A DNA stretch of 64,000 bases, from NCBI RefSeq assembly GCF_018977255.1, contig NW_024704742.1, forward strand, positions 105,464,001-105,528,000. The letters are read 5' to 3'. Both the position numbers and the translations under genes were made by a program. The DNA comes from Callorhinchus milii. Lineage: Eukaryota. Positions 63,555 to 64,000 of the stretch are shown here, piece by piece (position 1 is the first letter of the stretch; every line of letters starts with the position of its first letter). Below the pieces are notes generated by a model, which was not told the DNA's origin, did no database searches, and saw only the letters and a list, made by a program, of their open reading frames with translations.

Positions 63555-63782
63555 TTCTGCTACATTTGATGTAGCTCCTTTCATGTTGGACAAAGCGCTT
63601 CATTGAATATACTGTAAACGGTACAACTGACTGTTTTTTGTAAGCTCATGGGACAGCCAAGTTGTGCACAGCAATGGCCCACTAACTACTATTGAAGTGA
63701 GTGACTAATTTTATTTGAGAGATTGTCAGCCAGGAAACGGGGAGAAAATTCCCTTCTCTTTTCAAATAATGCCATGGATACT
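63555..63782 (-). mobile_element. DeuSINE family A 3' fragment
   Basis: cagccaagttgtgcacagcaatggcccac, ttcaaataatgccatgggat. Confidence 0.7.
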
Positions 63783-64000
63783 TATGTGAATTGCTCGGAA
63801 CTATTGTATCCAATAAAAGTGGCAATTGACAAAAGAGAATGCACTTTGCAAATTCACAAGGAGGACTTAAATCCATAACGGGAGTCTTTGTATAACTAAA
63901 ATAAACTGGTTGCCAAAGAGGGAGGAAGAACTTGCATATTTTATGCAAGGGCTGGTGTATTAGATTCAAAGTAATAGAGTTCATGACAATTATCTAGCAC

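Overview
Repeat-rich vertebrate non-coding DNA, most likely from a cartilaginous fish (inferred from SacSINE1/DeuSINE-like, CR1, L2 and Penelope-derived repeats; not verifiable here). No host protein-coding gene is recognisable, so the window is probably a large intron or gene desert, with several enhancer-like unique blocks. The only real protein-coding sequence is a young, near full-length, single-ORF L2-clade LINE (about 1096-4623, +; APE endonuclease plus reverse transcriptase). It is broken by three small frameshifts but has no in-frame stops, and is preceded by an unusual CpG-rich module, an A20 tract and a UAAUG-linked uORF pair. The window also holds the apparent dependants of an L2 machinery: many 5'-truncated L2 3' ends, an old DeuSINE (SacSINE1-like, family A) and a young tRNA-Ala-like SINE (family B, long and short subtypes). 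Family B shares the LINE's 3' stem-loop with compensatory base changes and still folds as a tRNA cloverleaf. CR1 fragments, a TSD-flanked Penelope-type hairpin, MITE-like elements, fold-back inversions and nested insertions make up the rest. Boundaries of old repeats are approximate, read by eye.
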